64,000 nucleotides of DNA from Eledone cirrhosa (GCA_964016885.1 OZ024741.1:52638001-52702000); one strand, 5' to 3'. Shown: positions 43,225-57,983, counted from the first letter of the stretch. Program-made: numbers and translations. The notes: generated by a model from the sequence alone, not told the origin.

Positions 43225-43570
43225 TAAAAGGAATTCCAACTTTGTCTGATTTACTCGTTTTATTTACAATCCTTTAAAATTTATAATGGTATTAGAATGA
43301 AATAGTATGGTGGAATATTAAATGTTAAGTGTCAATTTCCAACTGTCGAAAATTGCAAACTTGACTGTCACCACACATTATGAACCTGAAGATTGCGAAA
43401 GCATGAAAGTACTTGTTCAATTAACACTTAACATTTAATATTCCACCATACTATTTCATTCTAATACCATTATAAATTTTAAAGGATTGTAAATAAAACG
43501 AGTAAATCAGACAAAGTTAGAATTCCTTTTATTAACATAATCTTCTATACACACTCATACACACCCGTGT
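43219..43570. mobile_element. PLE-type fold-back module with hammerhead at 43381-43419
   Basis: 43220-43335 pairs with 43419-43534; same left junction as the copy at 27279. Confidence 0.75.
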
Positions 43571-43603
43571 ATATTTATCTATCTATCTATCTATCCATCT
43601 ATA

Positions 43604-43626
43604 ATGCCTTTATGGTAAATAAAGAA
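43604..43626 (+). mobile_element. 23-nt tail-only copy of the Tx1-type LINE with a 23-bp TSD
   Basis: atgcctttatggtaaataaagaa matches the 3' end of the 36490 element (atgcctttaaggtaaataaagaa). atctatctatctatccatctata is duplicated at 43581-43603 and 43627-43649. Confidence 0.75.
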
Positions 43627-43645
43627 ATCTATCTATCTATCCATC

Positions 43646-43683
<38 letters not shown>

Positions 43684-45211
43684 TCAATGGGCTTTGAATA
43701 AAGTTGCTGTGAAAAGTGAACAATAAATACATTTATCAAAATATACCAAAATTGGATTTTTTAAGACTTTCCAATCATTTTAGATTGATTTAAAAGATTG
43801 TTGATTGATTTATGTGACGCCATATTTGATCTTACCTTAGCTTAATTTTCTTAGTGTTCCAAGCGTTTAGAATGTTTTTACTTTATCGCTCTAATTTTCC
43901 TTTTAACTAGCAGTATCCATTAAGAGACGTATGTTATAGTTTATATAAAGAGGGAAATTAGGGACATGTCAACATCTCAAATGGTAAGTAGATCTGTTGA
44001 AAGTCGTCCATCTATACTTTTACACTTTTAGCAGTTTCAATCATTGTTGTGAGGACATGTTAGGGCAACGTCTTCAACGGTTTAAGTCAATTATATCAAC
44101 CCAAGTACTTAAGTTGTTCCTTATTCTATCTATCTTTGTTTAGCGATTGGCTTCATTACAAAAGAGTTATGCCGCGTCAGTGTTTTCTCTTCGTTTTACG
44201 GAAGTAAATCTCACCAAATGTTTACATAGATACCCCCCCCCCCCCCCACACACACATACACGCACACACACACAAACGTACGCACATACATACATACATG
44301 ACGATGATGATAATGATGGCTGCAACTCGATTTGGAGTAATGCCATCGCTTGATACTTAAGCATGAGCATCTCGGCCGTGGCTTTTTAGTCCTGTTAGAG
44401 ACTTGCCTATGGCCAGCAATTCCATGCATCGCAAAAAATGTCACGTATCAAGCGATGCCTGTGCTTGAACCATCTTAAAGTGAGAAAAGGCCTGCACGGG
44501 GCCAATCCCACTCTCTGAACATTGAATGCATTTACCCCAAAAGAAGAACTGGTCTACATCATTGGATACAAACTAAGTCGCAGGTTTTATATTAAAGCGA
44601 CCTTCTCCTAGAGACATGTCTTAATGAAAACTAGGATTCTCTCGCTAAAAAAAAAGTAAAATACATACATGCATATATACGATAGTTTTCCGCATGGATC
44701 TCGTCCATCAAATTTCACTTCCAAGACTTTGGAGATGGTGCTAGAAGCAACTTCCTGAAGTTGCTGTGCAATGATGGGATTGAACCCAGTACTACATGAT
44801 TGCTGTAACGAACTTCTTATCAACGCAGCTATTCACAGGTTAATTTAAAAAGCACGTTTACATGATCAGAGAGTTATTCCAGTGAAAGCATCTATAATCG
44901 CTATGGTTATAGCAGAAAAGACAATGAAGATTACATTAAAACATAAACTAAAAACTTTATGTAAAAAAAAGTCAATTCTAGAAAAAAGCTTACCTGCACC
45001 ATTAAGAAGGGCTTAATTAAGCATTAAGAAAGCAAATTAAGTAGGTATATGAACAAACACAAATTCAAACAATGGGATTATTACAACAAAGAATATATAC
45101 CTTAATTAATGTTTTCGCTTCATGTTTAAAAAAGCCTCACAGAAATATACAAAAAAAAAACGAGGGGATCACTACGTGGTCGTTTGATACGGTATATCTG
45201 TATGTGTAACA

Positions 45212-45262
<51 letters not shown>

Positions 45263-45265
45263 CAA

Positions 45266-45296
<31 letters not shown>

Positions 45297-45329
45297 ACTT
45301 AAAAGATCTCTCTCTATATATGTCTCTCC

Positions 45330-45390
<61 letters not shown>

Positions 45391-45714
45391 GGATACAATA
45401 GATTAAGTAACTACAACCTGTCTTAATTTTTTACATTGTTCAAGGTTATATATGTATATATTGTTTGAATGTATGTGTAAATATATATGGATCTTTTCTT
45501 TTTCTGTTATTCTTTTACTGGTTTCAGCCGCTATACTATGAACATGTGACACCGCCTTCTAGAGAGTTAATCAATATGATCGCCTCCAATAGTTATTTTT
45601 TTCAGATTTAGTTTTTTGAACACTATTTTGTCGACCCACTACGTTACAAGACGTAAAAATCTGACGTCCACAAGGCTATATGCACCACACACACAAACAC
45701 ATACACACACACAC

Positions 45715-45790
<76 letters not shown>

Positions 45791-46273
45791 ACACTCTCTC
45801 GATCTCTTTCTCCCTCTCTCACTTTTGAACACTATTTTGTTGACCCGCTACTTTACAAGACGTAACAAAATCTGCTGTGCACAAGGCTACATGCACCACA
45901 CACACACACATTGACATACTCACATACACACACACAACCACACACACACACACACACAAATACACACACACACACTCTCTCTCTCCCACATATATTTATC
46001 TATTTTGGAATATTTCAGTCGTTTCTTGTCAAAATCCCGCCGTAATTAACTTTGCATTTCATCAATCGGTTGTCGACAAAATACAATACTAGTTTCGTCT
46101 TCAGATCGATTTAACCAAATACCCCCTCCTCAAAATTAGCTGGCCTTATGCTTGTGCTAGAAACCATTATTTAGCCACAGGCCCCCGTCCAAAGAGGTTC
46201 CAGCCATAATCATCCAGTCATTCGTTCAGACATTGCACATCTAAGTCTACATTAAACAATGTGCCCCTTTTTG

Positions 46274-47095
<822 letters not shown>

Positions 47096-47554
47096 ATACT
47101 TTCATTAGTAAATGAGTCAATTTCTTTTAATTTCTCTACTCGCTTCGTACAATATTGTTACTCCATCACTTGGTCTTCTATTTCCTCCACCTCCTCCTCC
47201 TCCCCGACGACGACGACGACGACCACCACCACCACCACCACCACCAGCACCACCATCTTGAATAACATCATCAGGTCTTCTATTTCCTCCTCCTCCTCCA
47301 CCACCACCGCCACCACCACCACCATCACCACCACCATCACTACCACATTGAACATCATCATCATTATGATATCATGCTGCTATATTTATTTATCAAAACA
47401 ATCTCAACTCGATCTCCAATTATTCGAAACAATTATTTTCGATCTCTGGCCTTGTGCGTAAAGTAGAAACAATTATTTTCCTTATGCACGATATTTACAC
47501 ACAACTACACTGACACACACATATACACACACACACGCAGAGAGAGAGAGAGAG

Positions 47555-47885
47555 TTATGCTAAGTGTCTGGTAAAAATATGTATGGAGATTGTCGAGTCC
47601 AAGCTAGCTGATGAACAGTGTGGTTTTCACCTCAGACAGCACAGAACCAAATATTCACACAGCGGCAGGTCTTTAAGTAATCGTGGGAGTACTGCCAAGA
47701 GATATATTTTTGCTTTGTAGACCGCATTCAACGGGACCTGTTGTGGAATGTTCTTCTACAGGAGTATGGGATCGATGGTCACCTTCCTGTTGCCCAGATG
47801 TCTCTATAAGACTGTCCGAGTATTTGTGTTCGGATAAATGGCGGTAAATCGAAACTATTCAATGTGGGAGTCGGACTCCGTCATT
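47555..47885 (+). pseudogene. RTE-clade LINE RT fragment
   Basis: YAKCLVKICMEIVESKLADEQCGF, WEYCQEIYFCFVD, VRINGGKSKLFNVGVGLR; same family as 16700-17310. Confidence 0.7.
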
Positions 47886-48068
47886 GAAACTTGTTTTTAG
47901 AAAACTACGCCCTTTCCATAAATTAGCGCTATATCTTTATCCTACTCTTTGGAAACACGTGGAACCAAAAGCTGTAAGTCAGCTGTCTGGTTTTCATCTC
48001 ACAACCACAAATTCATTGTCGTTCTCATCTTATTTTTATTCTTATTCTTTTTCTTCTACTGCATTGTT

Positions 48069-48475
48069 TTTCTTCTTCTTCTTCTTCTTCTTCTTCTTCT
48101 TCTTCTTCTTCTTCTTCTTCTTCTTCTTCTTCTTCTTCTTCTTCTTCTTCTTCTTCTTCTTCTTCTTCTTCTTCTTCTTCTTGGGAGATCCGTGTGTAGC
48201 AGAGTTCTCACACACGCCTTGCAGAGGCTCCTCTCTGAACCAACCGTCAGTCTCTAATTGGTTCGACCAAACTGGGTTCACGGATATTATCCATCCATCT
48301 CCCTCGTGGTGTACTTCAAAGGCTCCTGGCAGTTAGCTTCGCCAGCAAATCTGTTCAGCGATTCTTTCTTCAGACATTCTAATCACATGTCTGTGGTATC
48401 GTAGCTGTGATATTTCGATTCAGAGAAGTAGCGGTTCTCCCATGAGTAACTCCTTGATCACCGAAGTTATGTCAG
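48069..48475 (-). mobile_element. RTE-clade LINE 3' end with (AAG)n tail
   Basis: IEISQLRYHRHVIRMSEERI and RGRWMDNI, followed by the long (TTC)n tract at 48069-48182 on the + strand. Confidence 0.65.
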
Positions 48476-48751
48476 ATTATTGTCATAAATTTCAAATTCT
48501 TTTCCATTTCTTCTTCTTTCCAAGTTAAATTTAGAACAAAAATACTGACTTTACTATTTTATTTTTCAATCTAATGTTTTACAATACATGGTGTAATATA
48601 GTGCACATGTGGCGTCTTCCGTTTCTATATGTCTCTACTAACATATATGAAACAAAGAATTGACTTAGCAATTATTTATCAGCTATTCACAAGGTGTTCT
48701 GTGTGGTCAACCAACAAATCAAATTGACGCTTACATACACATACACACGTA

Positions 48752-48810
<59 letters not shown>

Positions 48811-48935
48811 GTTATTCCGGGTTGAATCGGAGGTAACCACAGTAAGTAAGGTACTCAATACATAGCAGAGTATAACAGTTTTAATATAGATGAGATTCTA
48901 CAGGACTAGAAATGTTTCATTCATTAGAAATCATC

Positions 48936-48979
<44 letters not shown>

Positions 48980-48981
<2 letters not shown>

Positions 48982-50056
48982 CGGAGGAAATGTGGTAAGG
49001 AACCAGGTGGACCATAACGCACCAAAGTACTCAATACTTAGGGTAGTAGAGTGGGTAATAGGAACGAGTAGGACCCCGACGGCTGAGCTCAAGCCGTTTC
49101 GACGGCTAATTCTGGACTAAATGAAAATTGTTATCCTGGTATTTGAATAGCCGAGCTTCTCAAGGGGTAATTCCATATATGGTAAAATTGATTGTCACAA
49201 GGATTGGTCAAAAGTTTGTTGTTGAGACCTAATAATTCAATGATGGCAATTTGTGGAGTGAAGGGGTAGCTGAACCTGCCAGTAGGAGAAAGAGGGGGAA
49301 GGGTGGAGGAGACCCATTCATGCGTTGATAGTGCCGACTACAGCTGGGCATGAGGTCAAAGAAGATACTAGGGAGGGGGAGGGGGAGGGGGAGGAAGTCG
49401 AAATGATAAGTAGAACAATATGGGGTAAGTATATAGAAAAATACCGAGAGTGTTAAAAAGCAATTAAATGTAAAGAAAAATAAACAATTTCTGGTTACTA
49501 CGACCTAAGTCTCTCACTGGTACAGCTAGGCTAAAGAAAGGTATACTAGGTGGGACGGAATTATAATGGGGCCCTTTTAAGAGGTATAAGTAATAAACCG
49601 AATATATCTTACGGTGACGGGTCAACAAGTGAGGGGCCAAGATACTAAAGAAACTACCACTAAATAATAAATAAAGGTTTCTACCCCAGGCACAAGGCCA
49701 GCAACCACCCAGTGCAAAAATTAAACTAATACGAAATAATAATTCAGAGTCCCGAAAAAGAATACTACTACTATCTCTAAGGGTGCCGCCACAATACAAA
49801 AGTTCTAGTGCAAGCTACATAAAAGCTCGTACGAAGTATAAGTAAAATTTGATACGGAGAAAAATCACAGACCCTCCATCTCAACCCACCTTTTGAAAAG
49901 CAGAAGAACTGCGAAACCGGTAAAGGAACCAAATAAATATATATATTTTTTAAAAAATAAGACTTCAGTTGCATTTTCGATTTCATCCCTTTTTCTTTAT
50001 ACTTCCACTCGTGTAGGACACCTCGGTTATTTTTCATTTTGTAAAAAAAACCTCAC

Positions 50057-50062
<6 letters not shown>
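48980..50062. mobile_element. Head-to-head fusion of two different PLE 3' modules, each with a U3-A8 hammerhead (49073-49168 -, 49889-49926 +)
   Basis: The left end belongs to the 3343 family and the right end to the 29253 family. TA tracts occur only on the outside. Confidence 0.65.
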
Positions 50063-50149
<87 letters not shown>

Positions 50150-51899
50150 TGGTAATGATGAATTGACGCCAGTTTTGAACTGGATCATTTTTTTCTCCCC
50201 CTCGAATGGATAAAAAGCAAAGTTGGCCGTGGGATTTGAACTGATAGCACAGAGACCCGGAATGAACATACTTTTAGACGTTCCAATGACTGCCAGTTCT
50301 AATGTAGGCATTAAATATATATGGATGTGTGTTTGCAAACGTATGCATATTTTCTTATAAAATGCAATGCATAAATATTCATATATGCGCATAATTATAT
50401 TACGTATATGGTTATAACACCTATATGTGAGACTATGTGTGCAAATACACACACACACGCACACATACACACACACACACACAGATACACGTACACACAG
50501 GTGTATATATGTGTGTGAATGTGTGTTTACTCTATCTCTGTGAACTCCTCTAGGTCTCGCTTAATTTCTCATATCTTTTATACAGCATATCTCCCGTTCA
50601 TTTCCTCTATTCCCTCTCTCTGTCTCTCTCATACACCCTCTGTCTCTCTCTCTCTCTCACACTACACACACACACTCTCTCTCTCTGCCTTTCTTTCTGC
50701 CTTCCTCTTAGTGATGTGCTTCTCTCTTTTCAGTTTTTTGTCTCTTTCACGTTATTTTGTATCCACTCTCTCTCTTTCTCTTTCTCTATCTTCTCCTTCA
50801 GCCCTGACTCCCCTCTCTCACTCTCTTTCTTCTCATCTCCATTCTTCATTCATATTCTTCATTATCTGTCCCGCCCACGTTTCTTACTCTCTCTCTCTCT
50901 CTCCTAATCTATCTGTCTGCCTGTATCTTCTTCTATTCACCTTTTTCTGTTCTTTCTCCCTTCCTCTCCTCATTTTTAACCCTTTCCTCCTCTCTCTCTC
51001 CCCCTCTCCCTCTCACTCTCCCTCTCTCTCACATTCGATGTCTCCTCTATTCAAAAGATGGCGGCAGTGGTGGCAAGGCGTCAGACAGTCTGTCTTAAAT
51101 GAGATTAACACTAAAGTTAAAAACACAAGATTAGCGGATTGAATTTAGGGCGGCCAGGAGGCGGAGTTGTGGTGAAGCGGGCGACAATCTGTCGGTGTAG
51201 TGTTGGTGGTGGTGGTATTGGTGTTGTTCATGATGATGTTGTTGGTGTTGTTGTTGATGTTGTTGCTGTTGGTGTTGTTGTTGCTGTTGACGGTGTGTTT
51301 GTTGGTGTTGTTGTTGGTGCTGGTGTTGTTGGTGTTGGTGTTGTTGTTGACGGTGTGTTTGTTGGTGTTGTTGTTGGTTGTAGTGTTGATGGTGGTGTTG
51401 GTGCAGGTATTGTTGTTGTTAGTGTTGTTGGTGGTGGTGATGATACTGATGGTGGTGGCGGTGTTCAGAACTTTTGTTATTTGGCTTTCTTCAGCAATAC
51501 GTATCACTATGATTTCTAAGAGAGAAGGGAGAGAAGGTGATTGAGAAAGAGAGAAAGAAAGTGAGAGAAAGAGAGAGATAAAGGTAGAGAGAGGAGAGAG
51601 AGATTTAGAGGAAGAGATCTATATAGAGAGAAATAAGCCAACGAGAGAGTCGGAGATAGAGGGAGGGGCAGAGAGAAAAACAAGAGTGAAAGTGAGAGAG
51701 TGAGACAGGAAGAGTGAGAGAGAAATGTCGTGAGATAGAAAAAAGAGGAGTGATAGTGAGAGAGAGAAAGAGAGAAAGAGAGAAAGAGAGAGAGAGAGAG
51801 TCATAGAGTGTGCAGAAGAGAGAGGGGGAGAAATTAGACATAATGAGTGAGACAAAGACGAGAGTCAACAATTAACACGTAGGAAACACACATTCATAC

Positions 51900-51986
51900 A
51901 CTCATACACACAAGCATACAAAGAGAGAGAGAGGGGGGAGGTAAAAGAAATAGGGAAAGAGAGATATGGGTAAAAAAAAAAAAAAA

Positions 51987-52064
<78 letters not shown>

Positions 52065-52170
52065 GGGAGGTAAAAGGAAATAGGGAAAGAGAGATATGGG
52101 TAAAAAGAGAGAGAGAGAGAGAAGAGAGAGGGAGAGAGGAAGAGAGTGAGAGAGAGAGAAAGAGAGAGAT

Positions 52171-52239
<69 letters not shown>

Positions 52240-52247
52240 AGAGAGAA

Positions 52248-52296
<49 letters not shown>

Positions 52297-52335
52297 GAGA
52301 GAGAGGAGAGAGAGGAGATGAGAGAGAGAGAGAGA
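51900..52335. repeat. (GA)n-rich low-complexity tract
   Basis: Seen directly. Confidence 0.9.
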
Positions 52336-52491
52336 TGGCAAGGTAAATGTTGAGGTTAACTTTTGTGACTTATTTTGTATTCATGGATCGAATCCCTGGT
52401 ATATTTCAATGGAAATTAGATTCAAAGTCTGCAATAGATTTTGTATATTTTTATTTGCCATTTGACAAATGTGGTTTCAAACGTTTGTATG

Positions 52492-52529
<38 letters not shown>

Positions 52530-52550
52530 CATACAAACGTTTGAAACCAT

Positions 52551-52558
52551 ATATATTA

Positions 52559-52613
<55 letters not shown>

Positions 52614-53430
52614 AAAGTAATATATATGAGTAATATATATGATGAAACAGATACCAACATATCTGTATTTATATTGCAAAAGAAAGTTAGCCAGACTGAA
52701 GAATATTAATTATTTTACCACAGTTCGTCCACATCGATTTAAAATAATAATAATAATAAATCGACAAAAACTAGCTGTGCTGCCAAATGGCTATGATGTT
52801 TATACATATTTAAATTTCAAAGTCAAACCTGTTCAGTAGATAAGTTTAAACCTCAAAATCCAAACATGTTTCGAGATGGATACGTGTATAAGTGTAGGAA
52901 TATCTTGCCACTGCTCTCCTCAGTAAACATCCAGAGACAATTGATAAGCTTCACTTCTAAATAATTTAAAAGACTGTGTGACGCACATGGGTTCACAGAT
53001 TCAGGCTAGTCTCATAACCGTACTGCTAGAAATAACAGTCGTATATATGAGGCGAATTTTAGCTCGACGAAGAGCCGTTATATTAAGTGTAAGGAATTCT
53101 TTTACAATGGAATTAGTTCGAAAAGAAATATTCCTGAGCCGTGTATAAAAGTAATATATATGAGTAATATATATGATGAAACAGATACCAACATATCTGT
53201 ATTTATATTGCAAAAGAAAGTTAGCCAGACTGAAGAATATTAATTATTTTACCACAGTTCGTCCACATCGATTTAAAATAATAATAATAATAAATCGACA
53301 AAAACTAGCTGTGCCGCCAAATGGTATCTGTTTCATCATATATATTACTCATATATATTACTTTTATACACGGCTCAGGAATATTTCCTTTCGAGCTAAT
53401 TCCATTGTAAAAGAATTCCTTACACTTAAT
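52551..53430. mobile_element. Tandem (534-bp period) plus terminal inverted copy, PLE-like architecture
   Basis: 52615-52790 repeats at 53149-53324; 53323-53430 is the reverse complement of 53080-53190; related to 9361-10410. Confidence 0.65.
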
Positions 53431-53443
53431 ATATATATATATA

Positions 53444-53798
53444 TACGATAGTAAACAAATGGAAACTATATTTATAAAACCATATTTATTTCATTATACA
53501 TATTTCAGGGATACCATATTAAAAATATGGCATGCCTTCGTCAGATAAACTACAATATATAAACTGTTTTATAAATAATTTTGACGTACCATAAATATAA
53601 GCCACCATTAAGGTAGGAAGCCAGCTTCCTACCTTAATGGTGGCTTATATTTATGGTACGTCAAAATTATTTATAAAACAGTTTATATATTGTATTTTAT
53701 CTGACGAAGGCATGCCATATTTTTAATATGGTATCCCTGAAATATGTATAATGAAATAAATATGGTTTTATAAATATAGTTTCCATTTGTTTACTATC

Positions 53799-53800
<2 letters not shown>
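53444..53800. mobile_element. Near-perfect ~355-bp palindrome with hammerheads at 53489-53549 (-) and 53695-53756 (+)
   Basis: Centred near 53622; ttttat-CTGACGA-agg..ccct-GAAA-tatgta-TA-atgaaa. Confidence 0.8.
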
Positions 53801-53840
<40 letters not shown>

Positions 53841-53847
<7 letters not shown>

Positions 53848-53917
53848 AACGAGTAGGACCCCGACGGCTGAGCTCAAGCCGTTTCGACGGCTAATTCTGG
53901 ACTCATACACATACATA

Positions 53918-53957
<40 letters not shown>

Positions 53958-53965
53958 TACGTGTA

Positions 53966-54019
<54 letters not shown>

Positions 54020-54195
54020 TGTGTGTGTATTTGCACACATAGTCTCACATTCTGGACTCAGTCCAGAATTAGCCGTCGAAACGGCTTGAGCTCAGCCGTC
54101 GGGGTCCTACTCGTTCCTATTACCCACTCTACTACCTTATTATTGAGTACTTTGGTGCGTTATGGTCCATCTGGTTCCTTACCACATTTCCTTCG

Positions 54196-54197
<2 letters not shown>
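53841..54197. mobile_element. PLE-type fold-back module with captured local sequence in its loop
   Basis: 53841-53903 pairs with 54060-54121; the right arm is the reverse complement of 48980-49119; loop 53959-54050 is the reverse complement of 50425-50493. Confidence 0.7.
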
Positions 54198-54250
<53 letters not shown>

Positions 54251-54254
54251 AAAC

Positions 54255-55435
54255 GAAAAATCAGTGATGCATCTGAACTCAATTTATTGTGTTACAATTG
54301 TTTCGTCGGCGGACAGTTCGAGACACGATCATTGTGTGGATCTGTCTGATTTTGGATCCGCAGGTTGGACGGACACGTCTAATGATTTCGGAGCATATTC
54401 TTTCACTGGGGTATCTGACCCTCTGGGCCAGTACTGTCAAAAACTTCATCCTCTTCGCCCGTCCTGTGATTGGCTGCTGGTTGTCTACGTCATCATAATT
54501 CTGACCACAGGTACCAGTCCGCTGACCATCAGGGCGTTAGCTGTCCCATGTCTGCTTCACTTCAAGGAATTACTGCTGTGTTTGGTAGTTCACAAATCCA
54601 CGCGGGCGCCCCCTCCCCCTCCCCCACACAATCACATAGATAACGACAGTTGTACGCATAGACGCNNNNNNNNNNNNNNNNNNNNNNNNNNNNNNNNNNN
54701 NNNNNNNNNNNNNNNNNNNNNNNNNNNNNNNNNNNNNNNNNNNNNNNNNNNNNNNNNNNNNNNNNNNNNNNNNNNNNNNNNNNNNNNNNNNNNNNNNNNN
54801 NNNNNNNNNNNNNNNNNNNNNNNNNNNNNNNNNNNNNNNNNNNNNNNNNNNNNNNNNNNNNNNNNTTGTACGCATAGACGCCCGCTATACACACACATTT
54901 AAGGAGAACATATAAACTTATAAACATACGCGTACATGCATCCAGAGAAGCACGTACTTACACAGACACATGCCCACATGCCTATATACATCAACATACA
55001 CACACATGTGCATACACATGCATACGCGTATATATACCCGTACACACAAACAAGCACAGACATATATATAGAACCCGCTCTTTCCACCCACGTACACACA
55101 TATATATACACGTACCCATATACATATATACACTCACAGATACACACTCGCTCCAAACACACATATATACACACAAACAAGCCCTTTCCCTACAGGGGTG
55201 CTTGAACGCACACACATACACATTGGTTCATATACACTCTTACAAATATGCGCATATTCATATACAAAAAATATATATATAAACATATATATACATAAAA
55301 AGAATATACACACGAAGTCATATAAAGATACGCATGTGCCTACATGAAAGGATGCATCTTGTTATAAATATATGCATATATAAAAAAAATACATACATAC
55401 ACACATACACGCACACACACATAAACACACACACG

Positions 55436-55517
<82 letters not shown>

Positions 55518-56620
55518 AGTATATATATATATATAAAATATAAATATATAAAAAATATAAAAATATATTAAAAAAAATATACATATAACGGCACATAAAT
55601 ATACACAGTGTGCTATACATGAAAGGGTGCACCTTGTTACATGGGCCTACAGAGATGTTGTTACGTTGCAAACATTGATCAATCCACGTATGGAATCCTC
55701 ACGCAAAGCCTCATAATGTGCGTTCATGGTATTACAGTAAATAGTATGCGCAGACCGTAAATAGAAAATGTGTGCGGAATATATATAAAAAAAGAAGGAG
55801 CGTGTATGTATATGAGATAGTACACAAGAGAAGTATGAGATACACGTGGGTCTGTACACGGAAAATACATTAGGTGTTACAAAATGGAATACGTAGAGAG
55901 TATGCACTCTCTATTGAAAAGAAATACATGCAGGGGGGTGCGTGGACCGGCCATACTGGAGTATGTCACTGTGGTTGAGGTATAGTGTATTATTGGTGTA
56001 AGGCACTTGACTGAGTATCAATGTAATCCGGGTCAGCCTGTCCCAGCCCAGGCGATGTTTTTACCTAGAGTGACGTGCAGAGTCGGGTAGGCATCCTGGG
56101 TTACTTCGCTTACTCCACGGGGCACATATAGTCAACAGGGTTTGGTGTCTGGTCCCTTGAACCCGTTTCGCCGCTCTGGTCGGCGTGCGCTCAGCCACAT
56201 GCCTTTAGCTTGGGCTGCCCGGTGGATTCCATGCGGAGAGTGTGCACCTTCTCTGGTGTCAGCACGTCATGATTATTTCCGATTTCAGGTTGACCGCATC
56301 ATCGTTCAGTCTGACTATCTCCATGGACTCGGATAGGCATAGCCTACACTTTCTATTTCCAGCCGAATATGCATTCGCGTGCCGAACGATACTCCAGTTG
56401 AGGGCATACGGGGTGCCTTTGTCTTTCAAGTCCCACACCCGGTCCGCCAGCCTAGTAGAGTGCCTCTTGCCCCGATCCTTGAAAGAGTTTGTGTGGTTAT
56501 ACATCCGCGATTTAAAGGTTGTGGATGTTGCGCCGATGTAGGTGCGCTTTATATTGTGCGTGCATTTATATATATCATGCTCAACCGGCATACCGTCTAT
56601 GGAAGCATCTTAGTTACCAT
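54255..56620 (-). mobile_element. Hydra-like PLE fragment (GIY-YIG ORF 56259-56591) with long microsatellite-rich 3' region
   Basis: [52 protein letters not shown]. Degenerate hammerhead halves at 54290-54315 and 54516-54535. The left boundary is inferred. Confidence 0.7.
54666..54865. other. Assembly gap (200 N)
   Basis: Run of N; ttgtacgcatagacgc is present on both sides. Confidence 0.99.
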
Positions 56621-56639
56621 CACACACACACACACACAC

Positions 56640-56730
<91 letters not shown>

Positions 56731-56743
56731 CATACACACATAC

Positions 56744-56775
<32 letters not shown>

Positions 56776-56782
56776 CATCATG

Positions 56783-56843
<61 letters not shown>

Positions 56844-57155
56844 GTTAATTTATTAACCTGCCATTGAATCACATTGGCATATGGTTGGACAATACATGTG
56901 TCCCTTAGCGCCTTGTGCGTGTAGGAACACATATCCTATTATTACTATACTCCTCTATGTTGAGAAAAAATTGGTCGTTCTTACTGCTGCTAGTTATAGT
57001 AGTAGCCATCTGACCTCTCTGCCTCTGCCTTTATCTTTACACTCGGCCCTTGAAAAAATTGATTCCACTTCATTTACTCTCATCTCGGGAACAATTTTGA
57101 ATATCGCCAGTCCGTAATTTGAATTCGAGAATTTTATATTCTCCGAATGAAAAGA

Positions 57156-57231
57156 ACCTTCTGACGAGATTCTTTCTTTGCAACGAAGGCCGTATGGACG
57201 ATTTGAGAATCGAAACCGACTCGGTAAAGGT
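57156..57231 (+). ncRNA. Type I hammerhead ribozyme motif in TA-flanked module 56841-57299
   Basis: acctt-CTGACGA-gattct...agaatc-GAAA-ccga c tcgg-TA-aaggt; all three stems pair. Confidence 0.85.
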
Positions 57232-57297
57232 AGCCATAGTAAGTACAGTTAATTTTTTAAAATTTATTTTGAAACTTTATCTTATTTGTTAACCTTC

Positions 57298-57420
<123 letters not shown>

Positions 57421-57983
57421 GATGATATTAATTATTTATTAATTCTATCTTGCAATGCCTGTGCGTGAAGATATTTTTTAAAGTGAGGAAAGATTCTGCA
57501 CTGAGCCAATCTGACTCTCTGAGTGACAGTAGCTATAACCCGAAAAGAAGAAAAGATCAACATCATCGGTAACTACTGAGCCGCAGGTTTTATAACGGAG
57601 TTATCCCAGTTTCCTGAGTTGCATTCTCCTAGAAAAATGCCCTGATAAAGGCTAGGGGCCCTTCACTCCCAGTGGTTTAACCGCGCGATCGAGTGTCCAG
57701 CCCGACTATTTCTATGTCATTACGCATATACGTACACATGCACCCATGTATATACACACTTACATATACATATTTACATACTTTTGGATGGCAGTAGACT
57801 CATATGAGTTCTTCCGCCATTTGTCAGGCTTTGTTTTCTGTCCTGCAGGGTGTCAAAAATCACAATCCTGACCAAGTAAACTTGGTGGGGTTGCCGGTTT
57901 AGTCGCCGACGAACCGACCATGCGACAGGTTGTCCGGGTTATATGTTACCAGTAACACTCAAGAGTGACCCAACATAACACAC

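Noticed and set aside
56256-56264. In-frame TGA in C*H as selenocysteine
   Set aside because: It falls at the variable x of CxH rather than at a Cys position; most simply CGA to TGA decay.
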